In this document: positions 27,122 to 38,329 of the stretch, piece by piece
Numbering within the stretch: position 1 is the stretch's first letter
Layout of the letters: the number at the start of each line of letters is the position of its first letter
DNA from: Catajapyx aquilonaris
Lineage: Eukaryota
NCBI GenBank assembly: GCA_000934665.2
Contig: KZ538292.1
Span: 1 to 64,000 of the forward strand
Direction of reading: 5' to 3'
DNA: 64,000 nucleotides
The notes under the pieces: model-generated
Database searches by the model: none
What the model was told of the DNA's origin: nothing
Seen by the model: only the letters and a program-made list of their open reading frames with translations
Position numbers and translations under genes: made by a program

Positions 27122-29131
27122 CCAAAAATTCTGCATACATCGAAGATATGACAAATTTTTCGCAAATTTCTAACAAAGGAAGAAAATTCGGCTAAGAATA
27201 ATTCTTGGTCGAATTTTTTCCCTGTGTTAGAAACTAGCAAAAATTTTCGACATATTCGATGCAACACGCATTTTAGGTCAATTACTCACCTAAAATTATT
27301 TACCTAGTTTTTCAATAGGGCTCGTCCCTAACATGGAGGAACATTGCTGATTGGCTAAAATCATGGCTGGCTCCTGATAGGCTGCGGGGACCATTCAAAA
27401 TTTTCCCGCCAAACGGCTCAAAAATTCTCTCTAGATGTCGCACATTTTTTTGCAACATACTAACAGACGGAAGGGTAAAAAATGGCGGAGGGTAAGCTGA
27501 CTCGACTCTTTGACGCTGATTCAGCTCGAATTTTCCTTTGACTCGCTTATCGTTTCTTGTCAATCAACTAGGAGGAAAAGTCCTTGCTTGGGTCGGAGGA
27601 TCGATCCCCGCCCAGTACTAAAGGTTTGTCAGAAAGTTAGGCAAATTTATTGAAAATGGGGTAGGGGTGGAAGGAGGGAGTGAGTGAGTGAGTCGCGAGA
27701 TGGTTGGCGCCAGGAAGAAGCAGTATCCTAGGTCATTTCTGTTCGAGCTATCAACCAGATTGAACTGGCGACATCGTCAAGGGAAAAAAAAGATGCTGGG
27801 ACAAAAAATATAAATCGCAGGCAGCTCAAAATACACGTTAATCAATACTGCCAACGAAATCGCACAAATTCGCAAGAAAGGAGGCGGGGGACATCAAGCA
27901 GGATCAGTCATGCTGTGAGAGAAGATGTGATGGACCGTGATGCTCGGGGTTGGGGAATTCGAACGAAATGTGACGCCGAATTCAAAATTTTTTGCAGATA
28001 GCTGCAAATAATAAAAATTGCACATGCATAAAAGCAATTAAAAACTTTCGATTAGAAATTTATAATGACAGTAAATGTATGCAAAGTTCAATTTAACTTT
28101 CAATCAATTTATAGTCATTCAAATCTATAAATAAATTAAATATCATAAATATTAAACCATTAATTACTGTAACATTCTATTACATTATTATACAGAAAAT
28201 TTATAAGATAATTCGCATATTGAAATGATTTAATATAATGAATTAAAACGGATAAATTTCAAATGAAATAGCAAATTTATGTCAATTTTTGAGTTATAAA
28301 ACTGAAAGTGAGGGAAAAGGCATAGCCAGTGTCTGGCTTTTCGTGACAGTGCACGACATGGGGCGAGGAGGTAAAGAACGCCAAATACGAGCAGTCCTGA
28401 CATACTTTTGGAATGAGGGTCAGGCCCCGTGTGACCATACGTGACATAGGGGTATATGTAGGTTTTTAAAATCCGAAAATCAGCTTGATGCACTTTATGG
28501 ACCGAGCCAAGGGCCAGTTACCGTCGACGGCTGTCATGACACCCGCATTGTCATCACTTGTGTACGACGACCCCCATTTTTGCGAGTTTCAGGGCTATAA
28601 AAAGTGGGGGGAGGCCTTTTATCTCGTGTCCAAACCCTCCCCGTCTTAAGAAAGGGTCAGGGTTCAACTCGTAATGCCCGGCAGTCCTGGGCGGTAACTG
28701 CTCCTCCGTTGTCACGTAGCTTCTCAGGAATGGCCGTAACCCGTGATATCCGATCAACTCGAATAATAATTCTGTCCTTAGGGCACTGGGAGGGGGAGAT
28801 GGGTGACCTGCCCCGACCTCCCTCCATCCCCCACACCCAAGAAGAAGACGAAGGAAAAAAGGCAGAAGCGCCGCCCTGAACCAGATAAGCCGTAGGGCTT
28901 CCGAATGATATCCATTCCCAGCAACTCCTTTTGGTCCTTTTCCAATGTACTGCTCCTAAATTACCAGCGGCAAAATCTCCCAAGAACATCAAAGCCAATC
29001 TCATCGGAACCGGAATGTTCCTTCTCAACGGGGGGGGGNTTGGTGGGGGGGTTCTTGCAGGTTTTTTTTGGGGGGGGGAGAGAAAAAAAAACCTTAAGAT
29101 AGCAGAAATGGGTTATGTGGAATAGGAAAAA

Positions 29132-29332
29132 AGCAGATAGCAGTAACGCCTTGGACTGTTATCGAACAGTAGCAGTAAAGCAGAGTGTACGAGAATGAGC
29201 AGATGACAGTAACGCCAAAGAGCAGATATCAGTAACGGTTAGTGTGTGAAGTAGCAGATATATCAGCAACTGCTTTTGCTGAGAATAAGCACGAACGCTT
29301 TGGACATGAAGGAGCAGATAGCAATAACAGCT
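29132..29332 (+). repeat. Repeat module with reiterated AGCAGATAGCAGTAACG motif
   Basis: The motif recurs at 29132, 29198, 29221, 29253 and 29313. Inverted relatives occur at ~31547-31620 and ~32170-32200. Confidence 0.65.
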
Positions 29333-29383
29333 TCTGGTCACGCTGGTCAGAAGTATATTGTTGAAGAGACGAACTTTGGGTAC

Positions 29384-29554
29384 ACTGTAAACCGCAAAAC
29401 ATTAGACGAGCATCACTGGTGAGTCTCCCATAGCGCTATATTGGCTATTCTAATGATCTGGTCATTCTTTTTGTGTTGCTAAAAAGCATCACAGTATCAC
29501 TAGAAGAGCATTAAAAATTGTAGCGCTAAGGGAGACCCATCACCAGTTTACAGT
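29384..29554. mobile_element. Degenerate foldback/MITE-like element
   Basis: Nested inverted pairs: actgtaaac (29384-29392) / gtttacagt (29546-29554); actggtgagtctcccatagcgcta (29415-29438) / tagcgctaagggagacccatcaccagt (29521-29547); and inner ttctaatgat / atcactagaa. Confidence 0.65.
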
Positions 29555-30822
29555 TTACATTGTACTGTACAAATATTTGTTTGTCCAAGTTTAGTGTCCA
29601 TGGCAAACTGTTTCCAACATGAATATCTTGTCTTTCTCTGCAATTGGACAATGCATAACCCTTGATATTACGCAGAGAATGCAGTCCACAACCCTGCTTA
29701 TAAATGAAAAGCAGAATTATGAATAAGGCTAGTCAGAAGGGGGACTACTTTTAAGCGCTATCGGCTAATAACTGCTCACAAAATATAACGAGAACTGTGA
29801 CAGTTTCTAACTCAGATATTCCCCCAGAGCTCATGAGAGTTTAAGCACCACGTCGCTACATAGTTATTTATTACAAACGTAGCCTGAGCTCAATTTTAAC
29901 CCTCTCCCCAGCACTATCTCTGTCTCTCTTCCGACAAGCCCCCGCGTTTCCAGGAAAAAGCTGCTAAATTCTTAAAAGCAAGTTCCAAGTTTTAAACGAC
30001 CGTAACCACATCGCTAGTCGACATTAAAAATCGCTCCGAACCGCGTCGGGGGTTTCGGGCCGAAAGGAATTAAAATCCCAGCCCATCCCAAACCCGAACA
30101 AGGGTCGCAAATTAAGGATTTAATTCCCCGCCACCGATACGGACGAATCACAGCTGTAACTTCGTTACAACGGAAGTGCCTCCATACTTGTTTTCCCCCC
30201 CCACGAAAAAAAAAGTGGCCGTTCTCATGGCCCAAGCCCGTCTCTATTAATAGATTAACCCAATAAATTTCATAGGCACCGTCCACATTAATTTGCGAGA
30301 GCATTCAACTGGACCCTCCCCCCCCCCCTACTCTGGGGAGAATTCAGAAAAGCTCTATCCAAACACACGGAACTTGGGAGCCCCAACTGCATTCGGTTCA
30401 CGTTTCAACCGCCGAAATTCCATCAATTCCACGTCTCCAATCCCATAACTAATTCTGGAGGGTCAGGATCCTCTTCCCTCGCTTCCCTGTGTCCCCACCC
30501 CTACCAAAAGCAGAACCATTTATATTACATTTTCCCCACCACCCTCTGCCGAAAATGCAGCTAACCGATTGTTTACCTTGGCAATATTCGCGCATCAGAC
30601 AAGGGAATAATCATGGAAGCTTCTCAGCACTGCAGGAATGTAGTTGAGATATTCATGAATTTAGCCCGCCCACAAGGGAAGTAAAGCCGTCGGTCCCGTG
30701 TGCTTATGACATTGCGCGAGTGCACGTTAAAGATCCCCAGAGTGGCCAGATTTCCAGGAGGACCCCCTGGCGTCGGTGTTTAGCCTTAGCAGCAGAAATA
30801 GGCCGACGTTAAGCCCCACTGA

Positions 30823-30903
30823 CAGACCTGAAGCTCAAATTAGCCTCCAAGCTAGGTAGAGGTAGGACCTTCTCTATTGGAGGCTATTTGAGCTTCAGGT
30901 CTG
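30823..30903. other. 81-nt hairpin with ~27-bp near-perfect stem (mini-MITE or hairpin RNA)
   Basis: cagacctgaagctcaaattagcctccaa (30823-30850) pairs with ttggaggctatttgagcttcaggtctg (30877-30903), with a single 1-nt bulge. Confidence 0.7.
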
Positions 30904-31706
30904 CTATCTTACTCATTTCTGTGACTGTACTAGCCGAAGAGGCCGTTCTTCGCACAGTCTGTTTCCATAGTCATGTAACCAACAACAATCAGTATTGACA
31001 CCATGGAAACCTTGACAAACAAACAAGCTTTTGCCTAGCTTTTGCCTTTTATAAATACTGGAGATATCCACTTGCTCTTTTGCGGAGATGTCCCCCCGAA
31101 TTCGTGGTGGCTTCCGGATTCTGCCTTTGCTCCCTTAAATATCGACCCCTTTGGACCCACCCGGTACTTGAAGTCAAAATGCCCAGTTTTCCAGCAGAAT
31201 CTGCCCCGACAATCTTGTGTGCTTGCTGGGGGAGGGAGGAGAGAGGGAAGGAAGGAAGGAAGGAGGAGGAGGAGAGTGGCGCCCAGTTGGTTCACAGGAA
31301 TGGGTCCGACTTCATTTGAAAGTAGCGAGATTAACCCCTCAAACCGAATTACCTAGTTCCATCTCCGGAACAAGCAACCGCCGGGATAAATCTCCATAGG
31401 AACCAGCACCCAACAGACCCATTCCTGGTCTGGCTGCCTGCATTTTTTTTAAAGGAAGCGGGAAGGGAAAGACCCGGAAACTGCGTCTTTTTCAATCTCT
31501 CGACTCAACTCGTTGGAATATATGCTCGGAAGCGAAATACTGGGTCTGTTACTCTTTCATGTACAAGCCGTTACAGCTATCTGCTATTTCGAGAATAAGC
31601 AGTTACTGCAACCTGCTACTTCGTGTAATGAAAGAATAACTACTATCGGGCCATATCCGTTGTATAAAAAACGATCCCTGTATATTATACACTATGGTAC
31701 CGTATA

Positions 31707-32072
31707 TCTATATAAATAAAGCCGTTTGTGAGTCTCTCTGTCTGTCTGTCCGCCTGCCAACCGTCATTTGCCTGCCATCTGTGGTCCGGGTGGGAAGGAC
31801 GGGAGTGGTTGCAGCTGAGGTGGGATTAGAGTATATCCAGATTGTGAGCAGGTGGGGGGAGGGAGCGCCGGAGAGATACTATTGTTCTCCAGCGGCTTAA
31901 TAAGGAGCAGATGGACAAGGTGGCACGTGCAAAAGTCGACTTTTTGTCAAGTCCAAAACGGCTGGGAAAACTGTCATGGCGGCTCTCTGTGCGTGAAAAT
32001 TTTGACGGGGCTACTGGCAGGTGTTTTCCCTTCATTCATTTCTTCCCGAGCAACGCCGGGTGCCGCAGCTAG
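31707..32072 (+). mobile_element. Complete non-autonomous Helitron
   Basis: 5' end A|TCTATATAAATAAAGCC with a (tctg)n tract near the 5' end. A 3' GC-rich hairpin cccgagcaacgccggg (32045-32060) lies 8 nt before CTAG|T (32069-32073). It is inserted between A and T with no TSD, matching canonical Helitron termini. Confidence 0.88.
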
Positions 32073-33594
32073 TACAATAAAATATTGAAAAGTGTATTAT
32101 GTAGGGCTATAAGCAATTTCACGAATAAGCCTTTCGTGCACCTAATATCGAGCACATTTCACTAACGTCATGTATGAGCCGTTACTTGTACCTGCTATTT
32201 CCCCCCCNCCCCCCCCCCCCAGCCTAGGAAATCAGGCATGCGGAATTGCAAATCCACGATTCAAGTAGGGCATTGGGTTTTTGTCGCGGTTTTTCCCTGG
32301 TGAATTATTCAGCATTTGACGAGAGAGCTGCTCTGAACGTGGTTTTTCGGTAGCACCTCCGGTTACGGGACGGAAGATACCTTTCGCTCAGGTCCTTTTC
32401 TCCCCCACCAAAACACCCATACAATTTAGGTCAGTGTGGAACAAAACACTCTAGTTTTTTTTACCATGGGTTTTTCCTTCCTTCGTAAAAAAAAGGCTTA
32501 TCGAGAGCAGCAAAAACCTTGGCGCGTCCGTAATCGAATTGCTCGGCAATCTTGTCCACTGAATTAAATTTCCTGGGGCTTCTTTGTAACGTAATTTCCC
32601 AGTAATGATGGGAACCGGAATTATTATTGGCCTGCACAGTGGCCCCAGACCACTTTCTGGGCCCAAGTCGCCACCCTCCCCTTGATTCACATAGAGTGCG
32701 ATGTAACTAATGGAACGTAAGAGGAAGTAAAAGAGGAAGCAACGTAATTGTTAAAAATTCTCTTTGGCAAAATGCTTTCTGACAATCCAGAAACGTGTAC
32801 TGCATGGTCCGGATTCTGCATGGCAACCAGAACAAGGTGGCCGTCGATCCGGGTATTTTGGCTTTCATTTCCCCCTGGAGGGAAGCCCCGTAAGTCAGCT
32901 AGGCTTGGCGGAGCACATCGTAGGAGGCCCCAGTTTGGCACAAGTAAGGAAGGTGAAAATTACCCCAAGATTTTTTCTTCACCACCTTCACACACACACA
33001 CTGACAGAAAGCATGAGGGGGGACTAAAGTGCCGATAGGGCTCCCAACCGCGGGTGAAATACGGGGGACGGGGAAGGGACATAATGCATACAGATAGGCC
33101 TGTTTTCATTGCTAGGGTCGGTTGGTAGAGGGGAGACCACAGCTGTACAGCTCAGGTCCTTCTATTCTCCCCACCGTAGAATGTAAACAAGAGATGCGTT
33201 ATCTCCAGGAGAAAAAGGGATGTGGTGAAGGGGGTGGGGAGGACACAGGCCCCCTCTATACCAGGAGCAGTGAAATCATCGACGCATCATCATTTATCAA
33301 GATTCATGGCAGATCAATAGATCGATCTTGATTCGGTGAGTGGAAAGAGGGGAGAGAGAAAGTAAGGGTTGCCAACTGGCAATGTCTTCGGATTCGAAGT
33401 TGATGCAGGGCCAAAACGGAAGTGACCAATGGGGCACAGGAGGGGTCAAATGTTGGTGAGGCCAAGTTTTTGGAGAGAAATCGAAAAGGGTAATTTGCCT
33501 TTCGAAATGCCAATGTTGTCAGTGCGTATCGCCAGGTCATCACAAATAGTTTTATCACGAAGAGTAATGTGTGAATAGCAATACTGTATGTATA

Positions 33595-33736
33595 CTATCG
33601 GGTTCAAATACTTTTGGCCACTCTATCCTGGTCTTGAAGCAACCCTTCGCACAGACCACACGTTAAGGAGGTGTGTATGTGTGAAGGTTTGCTTCAAGAC
33701 CAGGATAAAGTGGCCAAAAGTATTTGAACCCGATAG
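33595..33736. mobile_element. Palindromic MITE with TA target-site duplication (Tc1/mariner-type)
   Basis: TA|ctatcgggttcaaatacttttggccactctatcctggtcttgaagcaa...ttgcttcaagaccaggataaagtggccaaaagtatttgaacccgatag|TA. The ~60-bp arms are almost perfect. Confidence 0.88.
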
Positions 33737-33770
33737 TACTTTGGACCAAAACATTGCAAATAAAATAACT

Positions 33771-33866
33771 ACTACAGTCCTGTACGGCAAAGAACAACCT
33801 GACGTCACACCAGCCGTATTTTCTGAGCATGCGCAGTAGTATGCTTGCAGAGCGATTCGGGGGCAT
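33771..33866 (+). repeat. Dispersed repeat, copy 1 (copy 2 at 50643-50733)
   Basis: The 45-bp core 33818-33862 matches 50685-50729 at 42/45 positions. The upstream actacagtc...caaagaac...tgacgtca is also shared. Confidence 0.85.
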
Positions 33867-33921
33867 TATGGGAGAGAAGACCCTGGTGGTGGAGGCGGGC
33901 TGAACGGGACGTCAGATCGTT

Positions 33922-34045
33922 CTACCAGCGACTACTGGGCTATAACTACTAGCTACCAGCGACTACTAACTATATAAAATAACTGCTGTTAAATATCGGA
34001 TATTGTCATTCACAGATGGCAGTCGCTGGTGCTACTAGTTATTTT
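33922..34045. repeat. Short direct plus inverted repeat module (ctaccagcgactact)
   Basis: ctaccagcgactact occurs twice 31 bp apart (~33922 and ~33953), with an inverted agtcgctggt at 34021-34030. Confidence 0.6.
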
Positions 34046-37000
34046 TATAACTTTAGTGCTACAGTATTAAATAGCTATCTGGTATGTTCGGTGATAGTTA
34101 CGACACGTGGCCGCATTTTAGTTGTAGTTTCCAGTTGGCCTAATGTAGCTGTACTATTACCAGGCGTTAGAATAACTGCTTAATAAAAAGCAGCTTAACG
34201 TCCAAATAACTCGATCCCTCCAGCTCCGTGTGTAATACCGCACATTGGAAGATTAACTCTATTACTCTCCCCCCGCACCTATATCTAGTTATAGTAGCTT
34301 AGCATCCTGATGCCATTAGTTATTCCCAGCCATCACGGCGCCGTTAAAGCTACGTCCAGCCAAGTGCAAATAGACACTTCTAATCGGAGCTTCAAAACCC
34401 TACAAACATCGACTGCCGTATTAAAAGTTAACAACCTTTTTTCCCCCATCCATTCTCCGCATTTTTTTCGCCACTTCAAAAAAACTGTCCTCCCCACCCC
34501 CCTGCAGATAATGCGCAAATCGAGTTAATCCCCGTTCAATTGCCTTGTTTGCATCAAAAGCACAGGGGTGTGTGTGTGTGTGTGTATCTCCCCCTCCTCA
34601 ATTATCATCAACGATCCCTTTCAAATTCTGGCTCTGTAATGGCGGAAATTAAGGAACTTGTGTGTATATGAACCTGGGGGGGTTTTTAATCTGTCCCGGT
34701 TTCCTTGAAAGACATGTCAAGACGACGGAAGACACATCATCCCCTTTTGAGTCCCTTTCCCCCTTCTAAAGTCTCCCAAGCAAACCCGTCCGACCGTACC
34801 TTACAATTACTCACGCCCAATATCCCATCTGCCTCATTGTGTGTTCGTTTTTCAATTTCGTCAACCTCCATAGGTCTGAATCGGCCTTCTAATGGCTCCC
34901 CGGATACCATAGGGTGCAAGATGGAGGAAGGGGAAAGAGAAGGGACAGAACAAAACAGTATATCACAAGGGTCCCTACTCGCTTATTATTGCGGTGTTTA
35001 CATCCCAGCAAAATTGTTGGGAAATATTGCTTCGGATGAGATGCCACCCGACAGTCTCCCGGGTGCGTCCAATTAATAAACGAGAAGGGTTCTATTGTGT
35101 CTAGATTTTTTTGGGGGGTTCGAAAGGGAGATGGGGAGGCAACAATGGGACGCGTGCCGGCTTGTCCAATCAGAGTCGAGTCATATTACGAACAATGATT
35201 GGTGACTAGGTGCGCATGTTTTGTTAGAACTTTGTTGCATATTAGGCACAACATCGTTTGTACAAAAATAATTACAAAGAGAAATGTGATGTTGGGCATG
35301 CCGTGCGATGAAAACAAGCGTTGATTTGATTACAATTTTAGTGCAATAATTAATGACAAGCCTCAGGCAAAGGACCCGAATACTATGAAAATTTCAAGTG
35401 CACGCACACGTTCCTGAATATTTTACTAATATTTTAAAATTAATAGACCCGATTTTTTACTTTGTTATTAATTGTTGACAAACAGCAATCAATAACTAAC
35501 AAGTGTAATCCGGCCATACTTGTTTTACACAAACCAATTTCGATCTCACTGTCGTCAACAATGAACTTTTCAGGTGCCTAATTGGCTCCAGAAAAGTTGG
35601 CACCCGTCTCCATATGTCGCCCCGTTAAAGAAAAACCGGCTTCCCAACCTCACATAATTAAACGACTGGTAAACTCATTTCGCCCAATTCAACGTGCAAA
35701 ATTTCAGCAAAATTTTTTTTTTGGGAAAAAGGCTGCGGGTGAAGAGCCGGAACTAACTGACCCAAACCGAAATCACTTCCTCTTCAAATCACTTCCTAAC
35801 CCATTCAAAGAGCAGGCACAAATCACCATAACCATAAATCCACCACTTTTTGAATGCACAGAGTGCCTTAATTTGCGAAAAATGGAGGTCCTTTTCATTT
35901 TAATTAGAAGATTTTTTTCTCTCTCGTACACCAACCCTGCATTTCCCCCCTCATGTCACGATTCCTCTTCTGATCTCTTTTTGTGCTAGAAGAGCCTCCC
36001 TCTAAATGGGATGCTGCACTTCTAGCATCCTCTCAACATGCCGAGTTAATCAGGCAAAAGTGCAAGTGCATCCTAGAAAGTAATGGGCGAATTCTGTCAA
36101 GTCCTCCCCCTGAAAATGGTGGTTAAATGTCTCCAAGAAAGTAACAGCATTGTAAAATATACTAATGGAACTTAGAATGGGAGTCATAAACGTAGTCTAT
36201 GCTGAGTGGAGGTGGTTGTTTAACAGTGGGGGCGATTGTTGCGATGAATTTTTTAATGCGGCTATATAGAGAGGCAAAAAAATTTGGCTTGCGGGGACCA
36301 CGATTAATACTTTTATGATGAAGTGACAACTGAAAATGCAGTGGGCTGGTAAACATTTATACTGGTCGCTTTCAGTTTGATTATAAATATTTAACCGGTG
36401 GGTCCCAGGTATACATAGTGCAAAAAAAAATTGGGGGTGTGTTCAACAACCCGCAGGGGGTTTCTCACTCTATGGTATCATGATTTTGTTCCTAAATGCC
36501 AAAACCCCCTGTCCCGATATATATGTCACATCCACATCAACGCAGCAATATTGATCCGCTTCTTAAATTACACCATAATTTCCAGTACACAACATGCAGC
36601 ACACGTCGCTAATCTGTTAATATTAGCTTTAATCAACTGAACTCGGGAGGCGAAAATATCCATTGTTGCACTTGTACAAAATATCCACGAATTTTGTTAT
36701 GGTATGTTTCTCTCCATTGTGTCTAACTGGGTTAATTAATTAATTAAAATGCTATGAAATCCAAAATGTTCAAAAATTTCCAAAATACTTTAATTGCAGT
36801 GAATTGCAATGCACTAATATCATCCTTTTGGTCGCAACAAAACAGTCGGCAAGTATTCCCCGCAAAATAAACCCCACTCTTTCTGACACCCAGTGGCAAC
36901 CGCGCCCTGATTAGTAGCCAACCATAAAAGTCCCCGTTTATCAACCCTGCCTAATTACAGCTCCGTTTATGGCACTACCCCCCTGCTTCCAAATAAATAA

Positions 37001-38128
37001 ACAGCTAAAAAGATATCTCAATCACAAGTTTTGTCCAAGTTTTTTGAAACTGCCGATCAAAAAGTTGACATTTTTTTTTTGTAAACTCAGTGAGTGAAAT
37101 TGAGTTCTACCGCGGTCTACTCATCACGCAGGCAACGATTTTCTTTTCCACTGCATTCCCCTAGCATTTTCCTACCGCATCTGGCTCGCTCAAAAAAAAA
37201 AAAAACCCAGGAGGGTGGCCACCCTGTTGCAAAACAACAACTAAAAAAAAGAAGTCACAAAATCCTACATATCCAACACACTGCAAAAAAGTCGAGCCAA
37301 TTTCCTAGCCTTCCTGGGTTAATTCGATGCAAATCAGGAACCTCATTTGGAGGTGACGCTATGGGAAGCCATCTTAATCTCATCCCGATTGTTGGCAACC
37401 CTGACGGTGGGGGTTCCCCATTTTGATTGCTGTCCAGGTGTTCAAAATTTAACAAATTAAAAAATTTAATATGTTCTTCAGAGTGGTAGTCAATGTCAAT
37501 AATTGCAACAATCGACTTTTTAGAGCAAACACGGTCACGGTGATGGCGATAGAAACAGACACAGTTGCCAACCTGTGGTGGCCATAATAGAGAGAACTCG
37601 TGGAGCTAATGAAAAACCGTTGTGGTGTTAATTCCCCTCGTTTTGGGTGTGGTTGCAACGGACTGGATGTCAACCAAACAAGTTTTTAGCTTGCTAATGT
37701 TTCTCTAACTCTGAGAGTTTAATTTGATTCAATTTGAGCAAAGTGCACTTTTTAGGAGGAGGGTAAAACTGGAGAAAAATAATAACGAGTGGCCTAAATA
37801 TGCCAAACAAACTTGGAAATTGCTGGTGCATGAGGTAAGTCCAATATTCAGATGTCATGAAAGGGCTGTGTGTGACTAATGACATGCTTTTCTCTGTTTT
37901 AAGTATTATATAGCTCAAAAAGATAGATACGAATTTAGCTTCAATGAAAAATTGTCTCAATCTTCTGTAGCATCAAAAATTGTTAAATGTAAAATGGCAA
38001 TAAAATTGTGCACAATTGCAAAAGGTAGACCTGACATCGGATAAAATTGTATAAATATAAAATTTGTAATTTTGTACAAAGAATGGCAAAAGATAGTTAT
38101 CAAATTGCAAAAATTTTGATAAAATGTT

Positions 38129-38329
38129 TTCTTCATAGTAATACGTATACGTATACGTTCTTCATAGTAACACGTATACGTATACGTATACGTATACGGT
38201 CTTCATAGTAACACGTATACGTATACGTATACGTATACGGTCTTCATAGTAACACGTATACGTATACATATACGGTCTTCACAGTAACACGTATACGTAT
38301 ACGTATACGTTCTTCATAGTAATACGTAT
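38129..38329. repeat. Nested minisatellite: tcttcatagtaac + (acgtat)n
   Basis: Six units of 29-41 bp, each with a constant head and a variable number of 6-bp GTATAC/ACGTAT repeats. Confidence 0.92.

Noticed and set aside
27271..27308. Third possible ratchet point (aattttag|gtgagt, minus strand, 27290/27289), near the midpoint of the other two
   Set aside because: The pyrimidine tract is poor and the site is part of a small ttttaggt...acctaaaa inverted repeat in a TE-like region. It is still worth checking in RNA-seq.
27588..27618. B-box-like ggatcgatcccc (tRNA or SINE head)
   Set aside because: No A-box or cloverleaf could be built.
38129..38329. CRISPR-like repeat/spacer appearance
   Set aside because: The 'spacers' are just variable numbers of the same 6-mer, there are no cas genes, and the context is eukaryotic.
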